DNA of 64,000 nucleotides from Eledone cirrhosa (GCA_964016885.1 OZ024742.1:365614001-365678000), one strand, 5' to 3'. Shown: positions 1 to 12,656, counted from the first letter of the stretch. The notes: generated by a model not told the origin, from the sequence alone. A program made the numbers and translations.

Positions 1-439
1 GCTATAAACGATCACATATATCTCCATAAAATTAATTTAATAAAATGTCTTTCTCCCGTCACCGCTATTTTAGGTATCGTAAATATACTTATCCCACAGA
101 CTCCGCATGATATCGTATAACTTATTACTGTTGATAAATATAACGGCTTTTATCGGAAGTCTTATATCCACATGAAATAAATGTTTTGCAATGTTTAGTT
201 TAGCGCATGCTTCGAGTCAATGATTCCAAATTTTCCTTAAAAACAGTTTTATCTGAGAATCCCAAAACTTTGCAATATAAGAAATACATTTTCCCAATAA
301 ATACATCCCCTTTCAAGAAACTTCAACCGTTTTAAATTTTCTGTACATTATTGAAAGAGAGAACCAACGTTTATTCAATCATTTGGGGAAATTGCAGTTT
401 CACAATAGTTTGGGGTCTTTTCATACCACTGTGGTCTGT

Positions 440-680
440 CTCTAAAACATCGAATGTCTGTTTTGTGACCGGAGGTTCATTAGGCCAGTACTTATCCTCC
501 TTCCGTGGCGTGAAACGCTTTAGAGTACAACACTTTTCCCTGGACAGAACGCCAGTCCATCACAGGATTAAATCCCCAACTATGGATGGTATCTATTTTC
601 AGCTGTGTATACTGGAGCAAAATGAAATGAAGTGTTTTGCTCAAGAATGCAACATGGCCTCAACATTGTAGGTCAGTCTC
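440..680 (-). mobile_element. Degenerate tRNA-derived SINE with CORE-like and V-like central domains
   Basis: Reverse complement contains TTCTTGAGCAAAACACTTCATTTCATTTTGCTCCAGTATACACAGCTGAAAA (CORE-like) and GTGATGGACTGGCGTTCTGTCCAGGG (V-domain-like). Recognised by eye; boundaries approximate. Confidence 0.6.
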
Positions 681-1466
681 CATTATCGATAAATGCTGAG
701 GAATAGTAATTGACATTTCTTTGCTGAATTTTAAGCTCTACTTACATTTTCAGAATTCGTTATTATAACATTATTGCCCGAATCTTCTACAACAACGTAA
801 ATATGATCATATATTGATTCATTCATGCCATCGTTCAATTCCACGAAGCCTAAACCATCTTCAATAGCTTTGACTTCACAAACAACAAATTCAGAGATCT
901 TGCAGGAATTGCAGTTTCAACTTTTTCCATTCAAGCTCACTATTTTAATACAATTTTCACACACTAAATATATTTCCGAATATCGCATATGTTGACGTTA
1001 TTTCCCTAGCTTTTCAGATTATATTTTACTGACAATATTAGGTTATTTAACAGCTAAAATACACAGATACAACTGACTTCTGTCTTTTCTATCACATCTG
1101 AAGATAGCAAAATAACTTGAACAGCTAGATAAGTAGTTTAACATCGTAAAAATTATTAAATAATTTACATTTCTGAAGAGGAGGTGATGCTGCCAAGCCT
1201 ACGCAGTCTCTGGTCTTAAATCCTGACAAATGATGAGATGTTTTATCTAATTAACACGATATTTGCCCCACTAATTTATTATAATTCAGTCCATCTTCAC
1301 CCGTTTTATTTATACAGTTAAATTTAATGACTCCATTACTGCTTTACGAGCAAACTGAGCGGAGAGGGACTTATAAATAACTCTCAACCATTGAAAATAA
1401 ATTATAGCATCTACTTCTTGAAGAGAATTTATTTTTAAAGTTAACGTTTATTGCTCCATATGTTAA

Positions 1467-1672
<206 letters not shown>

Positions 1673-2639
1673 ATAAATGTAAGTCTCCGATGCTGTAAAA
1701 CACGGTGACATTGTATCAGTTTTGTTTGGCAAGAAACACAAAGAAAATGCTAAAATAAGAATGGCCCTCACAGCTATGGTTTTCACATCCTGTTTGGTAC
1801 CAACTAGTTTCACAATTCACAAACTTTAATGTTTACTGATCATGACTTATCTGTTCAATACATGACTCATGATCAAAGATGCCGTTTCTTTTTATATTTC
1901 TTTAAACTTCACCATGAAATGTACTTTCAAGCATTTGAGGTTCCTGCCTTAAACAAGAAACAGTCAACTCGTTCAGATGAAGCAAAGATATTACCAAGTA
2001 GGATCTGACGAATTATTTTCCATTCCATATATTCCTGCTTAAACTTACATAAATGTGCTTCTGCCCGACACAGACCAACATTACTTGATGTTTATATCTG
2101 TGCTGCGGTCACCTACACTACATTGTTGTCCTATCCTTAAATACCATATTGATTCTATTATACCTTACATCAAACGTCTTTCAGTAATTCCTCTAAAGAA
2201 TACCTAAACAAAATAATGCTGTTGAAAGCTTCAATTTTCCATGCCATAAATATTGCAAGACAATTCCTTTCATTCAATTCTCATCAAACGACTTACATTT
2301 CCGCTTCTTCAATGAGAATGAAATTTGTGTAAAAAGGAGATCGTAACTTAAGTGTAATGACAGGATTATTTTGACGGTAGAAACAATGCTAAAAGGAAGC
2401 TAACTAGAAATATATATATAGTTGCTATAGTAATATAACACAACATAAGAGATATTATAAAGTTCAGTGGGATTGAGTGACAATAATAAATGGAATGGGT
2501 TATATCATATTGTGTGATGGACCTCCATCGGTGTCAACGATGGGTGTTCCAGTTAATAATTTTACAGGCAGGTTTTTCCGGTGATAAAATATATGTCTAT
2601 GTATTCCACAGACACGTGTACACATAGCGTAATTCTAAT

Positions 2640-3955
2640 AAAGAAACAACCTGAAACGCTGGGTGACAAAGCCGAACTTTTAAAATATAGGTACAAATAA
2701 GTCGACTGGAGAGACATAAAATAAGGTGTATTCCTCAGGATCATAACACTCTGCCGGGAATCGCACTCATGAACTTACGATTGGGAGCCGAACACCCTAA
2801 AGTAAGGTGTATTCCTCGGGATCATAACACTCTGCCGGGAATCGCACTCATGAACTTACGATTGGGAGCCGAACACCCTAAAATAAGGTGTATTTCTCAG
2901 GATCATAACACTCTGCCGGGAATCGCACTCATGAATTTACGATTGGGAGCCGAACACCCTAAAATAAGGTGTATTCCTCAGGATCATAACACTCTGCTGG
3001 GAATCGCACTCATGAATTTACGATTGGGAGCCGAACACCCTAAAATAAGGTGTATTTCTCAGGATCATAACACTCTGCCGGGAATCGCACTCATGAACTT
3101 ACGATTGGGAGCCGAACACCCTAAAATAAGATGTATTTCTCAGGATCATAACACTCTGCCGGGAATCGCACTCATGAATTTACGATTGGGAGCCGAACAC
3201 CCTAAAATAAGATGTATTTCTCAGGATCATAACACTCTGCCGGGAATCGCACTCATGAATTTACGATTGGGAGCCGAACACCCTAAAATAAGGTGTATTC
3301 CTCAGGATCATAACACTCTGCTGGGAATCGCACTCATGAATTTACGATTGGGAGCCGAACACCCTAAAATAAGGTGTATTTCTCAGGATCATAACACTCT
3401 GCTGGGAATCGCACTCATGAATTTACGATTGGGAGCCGAACACCCTAAAATAAGGTGTATTTCTCAGGATCATAACACTCTGCTGGGAATCGCACTCATG
3501 AACTTACGATTGGGAGCCGAACACCCTAAAGTAAGGTGTATTCCTCAGGATCATAACACTCTGCTGGGAATCGCACTCATGAACTTACGATTGGGAGCCG
3601 AACACCCTAAAGTAAGGTGTATTCCTCGGGATCATAACACTCTGCTGGGAATCGCACTCATGAACTTACGATTGGGAGCCGAACACCCTAAAATAAGGTG
3701 TATTCCTCAGGATCATAACACTCTGCCGGGAACCGCACTCATGAACTTACGATTGGGAGCCGAACACCCTAAAGTAAGGTGTATTCCTCAGGATCATAAC
3801 ACTCTGCCGGGAATCGCACTCATGAACTTACGATTGGGAGCCGAACACCCTAAAATAAGGTGTATTCCTCAGGATCATAACACTCTGCCGGGAACCGCAC
3901 TCATGAACTTACGATTGGGAGCCTAACACCCTAACCACGAAGCCATATCACTTCT
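2640..3955 (-). mobile_element. tRNA-derived SINE with a tandemly amplified head
   Basis: Minus strand begins with A-box TGGCTTCGTGG (3935-3945), then TTAGGGTGTT.GGCTCCCAATCGTAAG and B-box-like GAGTGCGATTCCC. After the array the CORE-like body CTCCAGTCGACT...TACCTATATTT...CTTTGTCAC resumes (2717-2660). Confidence 0.75.
2718..3932. repeat. Minisatellite, 15 x 81 bp
   Basis: Unit AAAATAAGGTGTATTCCTCAGGATCATAACACTCTGCCGGGAATCGCACTCATGAACTTACGATTGGGAGCCGAACACCCT starts at 2718, 2799 ... 3852, with only a few variant sites. Confidence 0.97.
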
Positions 3956-4305
3956 TTGATTATATAATACAGAGAGAGATCTAGTTTTATGTATAAGAAA
4001 AACTTCAAACTGGTTTATAAATAATGAATTTGGTGGAGGCAATAAAAAGTTAAGGTGCAGTATGTTTGAAGAAATATCGACTTTCTATATTATGTAAATA
4101 AATGCACTGATAAAGAAAGAAAAACAGCTATGGAAAAAACCAAAAATACAATGAAGAATTTCTGGAATTATATAAATAAATAAGGTGTAATAGGCTTGAA
4201 CAGCTAGTGAGATTCAATATTTTTACAAAGAAATACACACACACATATATATATATATACACATATATACATACATACATACATACATCCATACATACAT
4301 ACATA

Positions 4306-4339
4306 TCTATATATATAAAACTGAGGTTGTCTGTCTGTA

Positions 4340-4373
<34 letters not shown>

Positions 4374-5239
4374 CTAAAACGGTCGGCACATATCTCCTCC
4401 TAAACCGTACGTTCAAATTTCGGTGAAATTGCTAGACTTATAGCGGAGACATCGGTCAAAAAAATTTTCAAATAGACCCACGCCAAGTGCAAAAATCGAA
4501 TTTGTAATGTATTGATTTTTCAGTTCAAATGTATAAATAGAGATGAGAGGCGAGTTATTTCCCTTTTATGGCGTCATTCTGTCTATCTGTTTATGTTACG
4601 TATAAACGACGCGTGCAAAAGTACAAAAATACACCGTTCGGGCCAGTAAAATTTTAACCTGCAAAATTCATGAGTTCGAAGTTTCAACATTAAGCTTCCA
4701 TTTTGCTTCATTTCCATTAAAAGTCTTTTAAAACAATATTTTTACTTGAAAACAAACCTATTTGAATACACCGTAAAACAAGCAAATATTTTGTAAAAAA
4801 AGAATTGAACCCGAATAAAGCCTTATGAGATTTTCATTTAGAAGCAATGATTTTCAACGACAGACGAATAACGCATTTTTTTTTTTTTTTTTTTTTTTTT
4901 CATGTCCATCCAATTTCTTTGTTTCAAAATAACTGATAGTTTGGTTACGCTGATGGTTTTCTCTGAGACAAGTGTTGCAGTGTTTACATTTTCAATTATT
5001 TTAATAGATTACCAGTGCAGTTTTTATCCCCAGCATCCTTTTTGTTTTAACATTCGGGTTATGGTTATGTTTTCTTAACTTCATAAGGCACACTGTTGGT
5101 TGAGGGAATATTAATCAAAAGTATCACATGAAAGTCTACACTGTAGACTCTACAGATTTTAAGCCAAGAAAGGAACTTAACATTGTAACTTTAACACAGG
5201 TACTGAGCAGCCCCAAGCAACGCCGGGCTTTACTGCTAG
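4306..5239 (+). mobile_element. Non-autonomous Helitron
   Basis: 5' TCTATATATATAAAA followed by (TGTC)n. 3' CCCCAAGCAACGCCGGG hairpin remnant, then CTAG terminus. Sits between A and T with no TSD and no ORF. Confidence 0.75.
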
Positions 5240-5248
5240 TATATATAT

Positions 5249-5838
5249 GGTGCTACTGGTAACATGTATCCCACTACAACCTTTCTCATGGTCGGGTCGT
5301 TGGCGACTAAACTGGCAACCCCACCAAGGTTTCTTGGTGGGGAGGGTGACTTTGGACATCCTGCAGGACTAAAAACAAAACCTGTCAAAGGGCAAAGGAG
5401 CTCTTAAGACTCAATGGCAATCCAAAATCACCGGGAGAGATGACCCCTTAGCCTTTGTCAAGGCAGAATTCTAGGAGAAGGAAAACTCTGATATAACACC
5501 TGCAACTCTGATGGTATCCAATGATGTTGACTTGTTCTTCTTTTTGGTAAATATCATCTTGGTTAAGAGAGTGGGACTGGCTTTGTGCAGTGCCTTTGCT
5601 CACTATAAAAACTTCACGGCGCAGGCATTGCTTTATATCTGGAGATCTCTGCACTTGTCGTCACATGGTACCATGGGCCCAGCACTATGTGTCAATAATT
5701 GTCACAAGTGTAGTGTTTGTACCAGAGTTTTCAAGTCGCTGGCTGGACTAAAAAGTCACACTCGTTCAGCGCATCGGTAGGAGTTCTCCTACATGGATAT
5801 AAAGTAGTGGCCGTACTCGAAAACGAGTTGGCAGCCAC
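5249..5838 (+). mobile_element. Internally deleted RTE-derived non-autonomous element (5' UTR-like part joined to a C-terminal zinc-finger end)
   Basis: GGAGAAGGAAAACTCTGAT motif resembling RTE 5' UTRs. 3' part encodes CSVCTRVFKSLAGLKSHTRSAH, a C2H2 finger typical of RTE/BovB C-termini. Flanked by TA tracts. Confidence 0.55.
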
Positions 5839-6116
5839 CATATATATACAAATATAAATTTAGCGAGAATCGCATTTCGGCGGGTAGAAATTAGCGAAAC
5901 GCAACTTCCGTATTGTGTAGACAAGCGCTCCATGGATATGAAGATACCAGAGCTATAAACATAAGTTAAAAAGGTCATACAAAGTGAGTCGATGGTTAAG
6001 AAAACATTAACCAACAAAGCCCAAAAAGCGAACAAGCTAAACGGGTCAAACAAAATAAGATATGATTGAAATAGTTATATATATATATATATATATAGGT
6101 GTGTGTGTGTATGTGT

Positions 6117-6184
<68 letters not shown>

Positions 6185-6320
6185 GGACTCAGTCCAGAAA
6201 TAGCCGTCGAAACGGCTTGAGCTCTGCCGTCGGGGTCAACATTTTCCTATTACCAACTCTACTATCCTAAGCATTGAGTACTCTCGTTCCATCTGGTTCC
6301 CTACCACACCTCCTTCGTTA
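6185..6320 (+). mobile_element. PLE family A pLTR fragment (hammerhead 3' half plus long tail)
   Basis: TAGCCGTCGAAACGGCTTGAGCTCTGCCGTCGGGGTC...CCTTCGTTA matches 14870-14924 and the inverted 12657-12755. Confidence 0.85.
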
Positions 6321-6494
6321 TATATATATATATATATCGTTATATATATATATATATATCCGTTATATATATATATATATATCGTTATATATATATATAT
6401 ATATCCGTTATATATATATATATATATCGTTATATATATATATATATATATATCCGTTATATATATATATATATATCGTTATATATATATATAT

Positions 6495-6618
6495 CCGTCG
6501 AAACGGCTTGAGCTCAGCTGTCAGGGTCTTACTGGTTCCTATTACCCACTCTACTACCTCAAGTATTGAGTACTTTGGTGCGTTATGGTCCACCTGGTTC
6601 CTTACCACATTTCCTTCG

Positions 6619-6621
<3 letters not shown>
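6495..6621 (+). mobile_element. Second PLE family A pLTR fragment with long tail
   Basis: CCGTCGAAACGGCTTGAGCTCAGCTGTCAGGGTC...TTCCTTCGTTA between TA tracts. Confidence 0.85.
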
Positions 6622-6690
<69 letters not shown>

Positions 6691-6692
<2 letters not shown>

Positions 6693-7088
6693 GTTATATT
6701 TAATTTTAAAAATGTTATAACTGATATAAAGCCCTCAACAGTTTAGTGGAGTAAATATACAATATATTAATAAATGGAAACTTTATTTATAAAACCATAT
6801 TTATTTTATTATACATATTTCAAGGGCCACCAAGGCAGATTATGGTGCGCTTTCATTTGCATACTCACTCATAACTTTGTATTACCCTCAATAAATGTAA
6901 TATCTCCACTATCCAGGAAGCTCCAACCGTTAAGGTTGTCTTTTTTTTTTATTTCCCGGTATGTCAATATTTATTTATAAAACAAATCTGTATTTTCTCT
7001 GATGAAAGCGCACCATAATTTGCCTTGGTTGCCCTTGAAATATGTATATATGGTTTTATATATATAGTTTCCATTTATTAATATATAT
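6691..7088. mobile_element. ORF-less foldback element with one-sided extension
   Basis: 6762-6856 is the reverse complement of 7001-7088 (AATGGAAAC...CAAGGGCCACCAAGGCAGATTATGGTGCGCTTTCAT). About 65 nt extra on the left; flanked by microsatellite. Confidence 0.7.
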
Positions 7089-7109
7089 ATATATATATAT
7101 ATATAGTAA

Positions 7110-7275
7110 TAATAATAAATGCGAAGACTAAAATCCAAAGGGGGAAAACAGCGATTCTTTGCCTGAACTTTAATCTGTTATTTTAATAAATATTTGTTCT
7201 AGGGTTCTTATATATTTGATATATATTTATCCTTATCGAGCCCTCTTTGGATTTTAGTCTTCACATTTATTATTA
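7110..7275. mobile_element. Short inverted-repeat (MITE-like) element in (TA)n
   Basis: ATAATAAATGCGAAGACTAAAATCCAAAGGGGG pairs with CCCTCTTTGGATTTTAGTCTTCACATTTATTAT. Confidence 0.65.
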
Positions 7276-7338
7276 TATATATATATATAATAATATATAT
7301 ATATACATGTATGCATTTATATACACACAAATACACAC

Positions 7339-7400
<62 letters not shown>

Positions 7401-7556
7401 GTATGTGTTTCGAGCTACTAAAACATGCATTTAGGGATGCTATTGTTCCAAACTATAGCATAAAGAACTAATAAAGACATAGAATATCTTTGATAAAAAA
7501 ATAACTGGAACAAGATCAGGTTTTCAATATAACATGTTTGAAAGAAAACATCTTCC

Positions 7557-7558
<2 letters not shown>

Positions 7559-7649
<91 letters not shown>

Positions 7650-7750
7650 TACACACACACACAGATACTCACACATACACATACTCATATACACACACAC
7701 AGACATACTCACACATACACATACTCACATACACACACGCGCACACACAG
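7559..7750. repeat. (CA)n and CA-rich compound microsatellite
   Basis: Direct inspection. Confidence 0.9.
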
Positions 7751-7990
7751 AGACTCACTTATGAATATGGCGTTAGAGAAAAATCTCCAATCAGCTAAGA
7801 CAATATAAGACAATTCCCCTTTATGGGGTTTTCAGATATGAAGAAGTAAACAAGGGAAATAATTCTTATAACCTGAATTGATCCACGTTTTGAGGAAGAT
7901 AGTTAGACATTCTTGTTTGTAGAACACTCTAGGTATGCTAATATATAGGATAAATAATATTGCTAACTACTCTATTCATACACACACACA

Positions 7991-8052
<62 letters not shown>

Positions 8053-8196
8053 ATGCTTTGAGAAGGTCATGTTGCCAATAAGAAACACACGCACCAGTTT
8101 CTTTCACTTCAATTTATTATAAATTAAATTTATAAATTTAAGAATTTATAAATTTCCGGTTGGTTGGTTCCATAACCGGACGGTTGTTCATATATT

Positions 8197-8239
8197 GTCA
8201 AAGTTCTTTCGTCAGACATTCTGTGACCTCTTCAGTGAC
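8197..8239 (-). ncRNA. Minimal type-I hammerhead ribozyme (family C pLTR)
   Basis: Minus strand: GTCA CTGAAGA G GTCA cagaatgtc TGAC GAAA gaac TT TGAC. Stems I and II pair; one extra nucleotide follows A9. Confidence 0.8.
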
Positions 8240-8440
8240 TGGGGATTCTTTTCTTTGTTTTTGTGCCTCTCCTTTGTTCTGTCCTACGCCATCTTCTTTT
8301 TGTGTCTGTTGTGTGCTTAGTTTGCGCATGTGTTACATCCAGGTGTCTGTGTGTGTTTATATTTGTTTATTTATTTGTTTATTTACATGTTACTGGTTGG
8401 TTGTTTGTTCTATGTGTGTGTGTGTGTTTTCATTTTGTCC

Positions 8441-9591
8441 TTAATTGTAAGTTGTGATGTTGCTATTCCATTCATGTTTTCTATTTAATTTTTTTTGGAG
8501 TCCATTTATGTTTATTGCCTCTGTGATTTGTCTAAACATTGCGTCTTTTCTGTGTGTAGATTCTATTTTTATTTCTATGTTCTCTAATTTTCCCCTATGT
8601 TCTTTTTTAGCATTTTGGTGGAGTACAGATGATTCTTTTTTATCTTGAAATTCTCGCCAGTGTTCATTTAATCGTTCTCCTATACTACGAGCCGTCTCAC
8701 CTATGTACACTATATTCTTATCTTTACATTGTCCTTCAGTACATCTTATGCTATATACTACATTTCTAGTTTTACAGTTAATATGGGGGCTTAGTTTACA
8801 GATTATGCATTTCTTATCTATACAGGGAGGTCTTTGAAAAGGGTATGTATTGCTAATAAGTGTTTATATGGAGGTACCTGGTCTTTCTACTATCTTAATA
8901 TTAAGTTTATGTTTATCTAGGGCTCTTCTAAATTTGTAAGCTAATTCACCTCTAGGGGTTGTATTGATGAACATTACACTCTGGTATTTATTGCTATCAT
9001 ACCATGGGTTTATTCTATTAACCTTATTCCTAGTTCTTTCTATTCTATTCCAAAATGTTCTCCTATACAAGGGGCAAGTCCCATTTGTATAATTATTTAC
9101 CATTTTTTCCCATGTGGTTCTGGCTCCTCTATATACTCTTATTTTATCTCTCTGATTGTAACCAGAGAACAGCATACGGTGGATGAAGTGTTGTATGTCT
9201 CTCTCTAGTTCTTTGGGGTTTCACATGCGGGACACACGTTTCTCATCAGCCGTACCAAGTCCGCAATCAGTATGTTGATTTTGCTCTAATCTGAAACAGC
9301 TGAGTTTCGGTGGATCAGATATTTGGAAGTCATGGGTTTGGCATAATGGAAATGGAGGATTTGTTTTTTGTTATTAATGGTTTCTAACCAGAGCTCTGTG
9401 TCTAGTACAGGTAATCGATGGTTGGGGTGTTTACTTGGGTAGTCTATAGTAACTCTAATACTCTGGTGGATGGAGTTAGCTATTTGCTGGATGCTTTCCA
9501 TGGTGTTTTCCACTAATTCCTGACTGTTCTCTAGTGAGGGTGATTTTACTACGATGTTTATATCATCAACGTAGCGGGAGTACACTATCAT
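8441..9591 (-). pseudogene. Disrupted PLE RT C-terminus and GIY-YIG endonuclease
   Basis: ORFs 9286-9591, 8864-9175 and 8441-8710 are collinear homologues of the C-terminal part of the 16592-19993 protein, broken by stops and frameshifts. Confidence 0.9.
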
Positions 9592-10152
9592 GATAATGTA
9601 CTCCCGCTAACTCCATCCACCAGAATATTAGAGTTACTATAGACTACCCTAGCAAACACCCCAATTAAGATAGTAAAAAGACCAGGTACGATAGGTGAGA
9701 CAGCTCGTAGTATAGGAAAACTGTTAAATGAACACTGGCGAGAACTTCAAGATAAAAAAGATCATCAATACTCCACCAACGTGCTAAAATAGAACATAAG
9801 GGCAAATTAGAGAACATAGAAATAAAAATAGAATCTACACACAGAAAAGACGCAATGTTTAGACAAATCACAGAGGCAATAAACATAAATGGACTCTAAA
9901 CAAAATTAAATAGAAAACATGAATGGAACAGCAACATCACAACTTACAATTAAGGACAAAATCAAAGCAAACACACACATAGAACAAACAACCAACAAGT
10001 AACATGTAAATAAATAAATAATTAAACAAATATAAACACACACAGACACCCGGGTGTAACACATGCGCAAACTAAGCAGACAACACACACAAAAAGAAGA
10101 TGGCGTAGCACAGAACAAAGGAGAGGCACAAAAACAAAGAAAAGAATCCCCA

Positions 10153-10195
10153 GTCACCGAAGAGGTCACGGAATGTGTGACGAAAGAACTTTGAC
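10153..10195 (+). ncRNA. Hammerhead copy in the inverted arm of family C (U4C-mutated core)
   Basis: GTCA CCGAAGA G GTCAC ggaatgt GTGAC GAAA gaac TT TGAC. Confidence 0.65.
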
Positions 10196-10401
10196 AATAT
10201 ATGAACAACCTTCCGGTTATGGATCCAACCAACCAACCGAAAATTTATAAATTTTATTTATGATAAATTGGAGTAAAAGCTATGGTGCGTGTGTTTCTTA
10301 TTGGCAACATGACCCTCCCAAAGCATAACAATATCAGTTTCAACACACGTTTTCAGATAAAGAATCTTGCTAAACAAATTCGGAAACGATATATATATAT
10401 A

Positions 10402-11386
10402 TCTGATGGAATGACAGAGTTCTTTGAGATACTGGCTGGAGTGCTCCAGGGAGATACATTGTCTCCCTACCTTTTTATCATCGTAGTGGACTATTGTATG
10501 TGCCTTGCACTGGAGAAACACCGGCTCAGAGCAGGAGAGTTAAGGCGAAAAGGGTATCAGATGCTGAATTTGCCGACGACATAGTTTTGGTGACAAATAC
10601 AGTGAAGGAGACAGAGAATTTGATGCAGGAGGTTGAGACTGTGTCGATGAGTGTGGGGCTGAGAATGAATGAGACTAAAACAAAATATCTGGTAGAGAAT
10701 GTTGAGAAGCCAGCAGGGATCACTAAGTAGGCGGGAAGCCGCTAGAATTGGTTGAGGACTTCCTGTATTTGGGAGCAAAGATTGGGAATACGGAAGATGT
10801 TGTGGTTGAGAGGAAGAGCAAAGCCTGGGCGGCGTGCCATAGCTTGAGATCGGTGTGGAAGTCGGACCATCGTAAAGACCTGAAAATCCGCCTCTTCATT
10901 GTTGTGGAGTCTGTGCTGCTGTACGGGTCTGAGACTTGGACACTGACCAAGAAACTCACTCAGATGGTGGATGGGTGCTACACGAGAATACTGAGGATGG
11001 CTCTGAACATTGATCAGTATACACTGAGGATGAAAAACTTAGAGCTGTATGGGAGCCTCCCAAAAGTCAGCTCAAAAATGACACAGAGGAGACTGAGGTT
11101 AACTGGACATGCTCACCGACATCCAGAGTTGACATTGCACTCAGTGCTCCTGTGGGAGCCCCTACATGGACACACTAGAAGAGGAAGACCAAGTTTAACG
11201 TATATTGATGCCCTAAGGACAGACACTGGTCTGCTGGAGACGCAGGACATGGCAGCGATAATGATGGACAGAGACCGCTGGAGAGAACTCCTCCATGGAT
11301 CTCGGGAATTTTACCCTCCCTAGAGAGAGAGAGAGAGAGAGAGAGTGAGAGGAGAGAGAGAGAGAGAGAAGAGTGAGAGAGAGAGA

Positions 11387-11470
<84 letters not shown>
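10402..11470 (+). mobile_element. 5'-truncated RTE-clade LINE (RT C-terminal half) ending in (GA)n
   Basis: GVLQGDTLSPYLFIIVVDY, EFADD, LLYGSETWTL and RRLRLTGH...RRGRP motifs, frameshifted. The TAG stop at 11321-11323 runs directly into (AG)n. Confidence 0.9.
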
Positions 11471-11472
<2 letters not shown>

Positions 11473-12085
11473 GGTGAGAGATAAATTAGAATCGAAGTCA
11501 TTGCTGAAGAATGTACAAACTACAATTGTTTCGATATCGATTAGCTGAGGGTGCAATCAGAATGAAGGGCTCGCCTCTTTATCGACCACCCAGAATATAT
11601 CAGTTACTATATTTGCATTATTTACGTTAGTTTTCATTGTAGAACTTAAAAACCTTAACTTTCTGTAATTATTTAACAAAAATACCTAAAACATTTGTTC
11701 ATTCAAATCCTAAAATTAGGGTTAGAGTAAGAAATAGGATTACTTATACTAGTGAAGTATTTAAGACTATTCTACATAATTAGTAATATAATCGGCTTGT
11801 CTCACACGGCCCCGGTGGACAGAATGGAGAAGGTGTTTCCGCGGAGGACGGCAAGGGAGATTTGTACTACCTTTACTAATAGACAGATTGTTGTGGGATT
11901 TGCAGTTTTAGAGTAAACACTTTGGTTTTAATGAAGTTAGACTAAATTTCCACATATTTCAACAATGGCAGCATTAAAGGGTTTCATACCCTACAGGACT
12001 TTAAGGGTTAAACTTTCTCTCCAAGCATTTTTTGTGTGTGTCTGTTTGTCAGTATATCTGTCTGTCGGTTTCAAGCACTCCCCTT

Positions 12086-12121
12086 ACACACACACACACA
12101 CACTCTCTCTCTCTCTCTCTC

Positions 12122-12174
<53 letters not shown>

Positions 12175-12190
12175 CTCTCTCTCTCTCTCA
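12086..12190. repeat. (CA)n(CT)n microsatellite
   Basis: Direct inspection. Confidence 0.9.
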
Positions 12191-12346
12191 CCCTATGTTC
12201 CGATTTCCACTGATTAAATCTGGATTTTCTTTCCATCGCTATCAAGCAATATCTAATTAACGGACAAAAAAGTAAATGAGAAAATAAGATGTTATTAATT
12301 TCATTTTTTATCTCTACATATTGTTGTTATTATCATTATTATTGTT

Positions 12347-12382
<36 letters not shown>

Positions 12383-12607
12383 ATATAATTTAAGCTCATT
12401 AATAAGATTGCAATTTATTTTTGTTTATTAATTTGTGTTTATTTATTAATGTGAGATTAAAGAATGCCTCGTGGGCAGAGGCTATGACGTCACATTTTAC
12501 TTACCATATATGGTGGAAAGGGATTCGGACTAATATGGCCTAGTGATAACAGGACAACGACTCGGCGTTGATGATACATTTAATATGTATTTGTGGCTAT
12601 ATTTGCT

Positions 12608-12656
<49 letters not shown>

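Larger units (their letters stand above)
8048..10390 (-). mobile_element. PLE family C, 5'-truncated, with a large inverted arm
   Basis: Minus-strand ORF pieces carry SRYVDD (RT), LPVLD, HYAKPM, FSGY and YIGETAR (GIY-YIG). 9665-10335 is an inverted, diverged copy of 8048-8720. Both ends abut (TA)n. Confidence 0.92.

Noticed and set aside
2769-3926. 385-aa repeat protein, or a CRISPR-like array
   Set aside because: The ORF exists only because the 81-bp unit is a stop-free multiple of 3. The unit is an antisense SINE head, with no unique spacers and no cas genes.
5511-5780. Host C2H2 zinc-finger gene
   Set aside because: A single finger at the end of an RTE-like remnant, with no linker-joined finger array.
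6995-7020. CTGATGAAAGCGC as a hammerhead
   Set aside because: CTGATGA and GAAA overlap with no stem II, and no UH follows.
11716-11730. Telomeric TTAGGG repeat
   Set aside because: Only one perfect unit; compatible with chance.
12480-12510. TGACGTCA (CRE) site and a minus-strand GTAAGT splice donor
   Set aside because: Short motifs with no supporting exon or promoter context.
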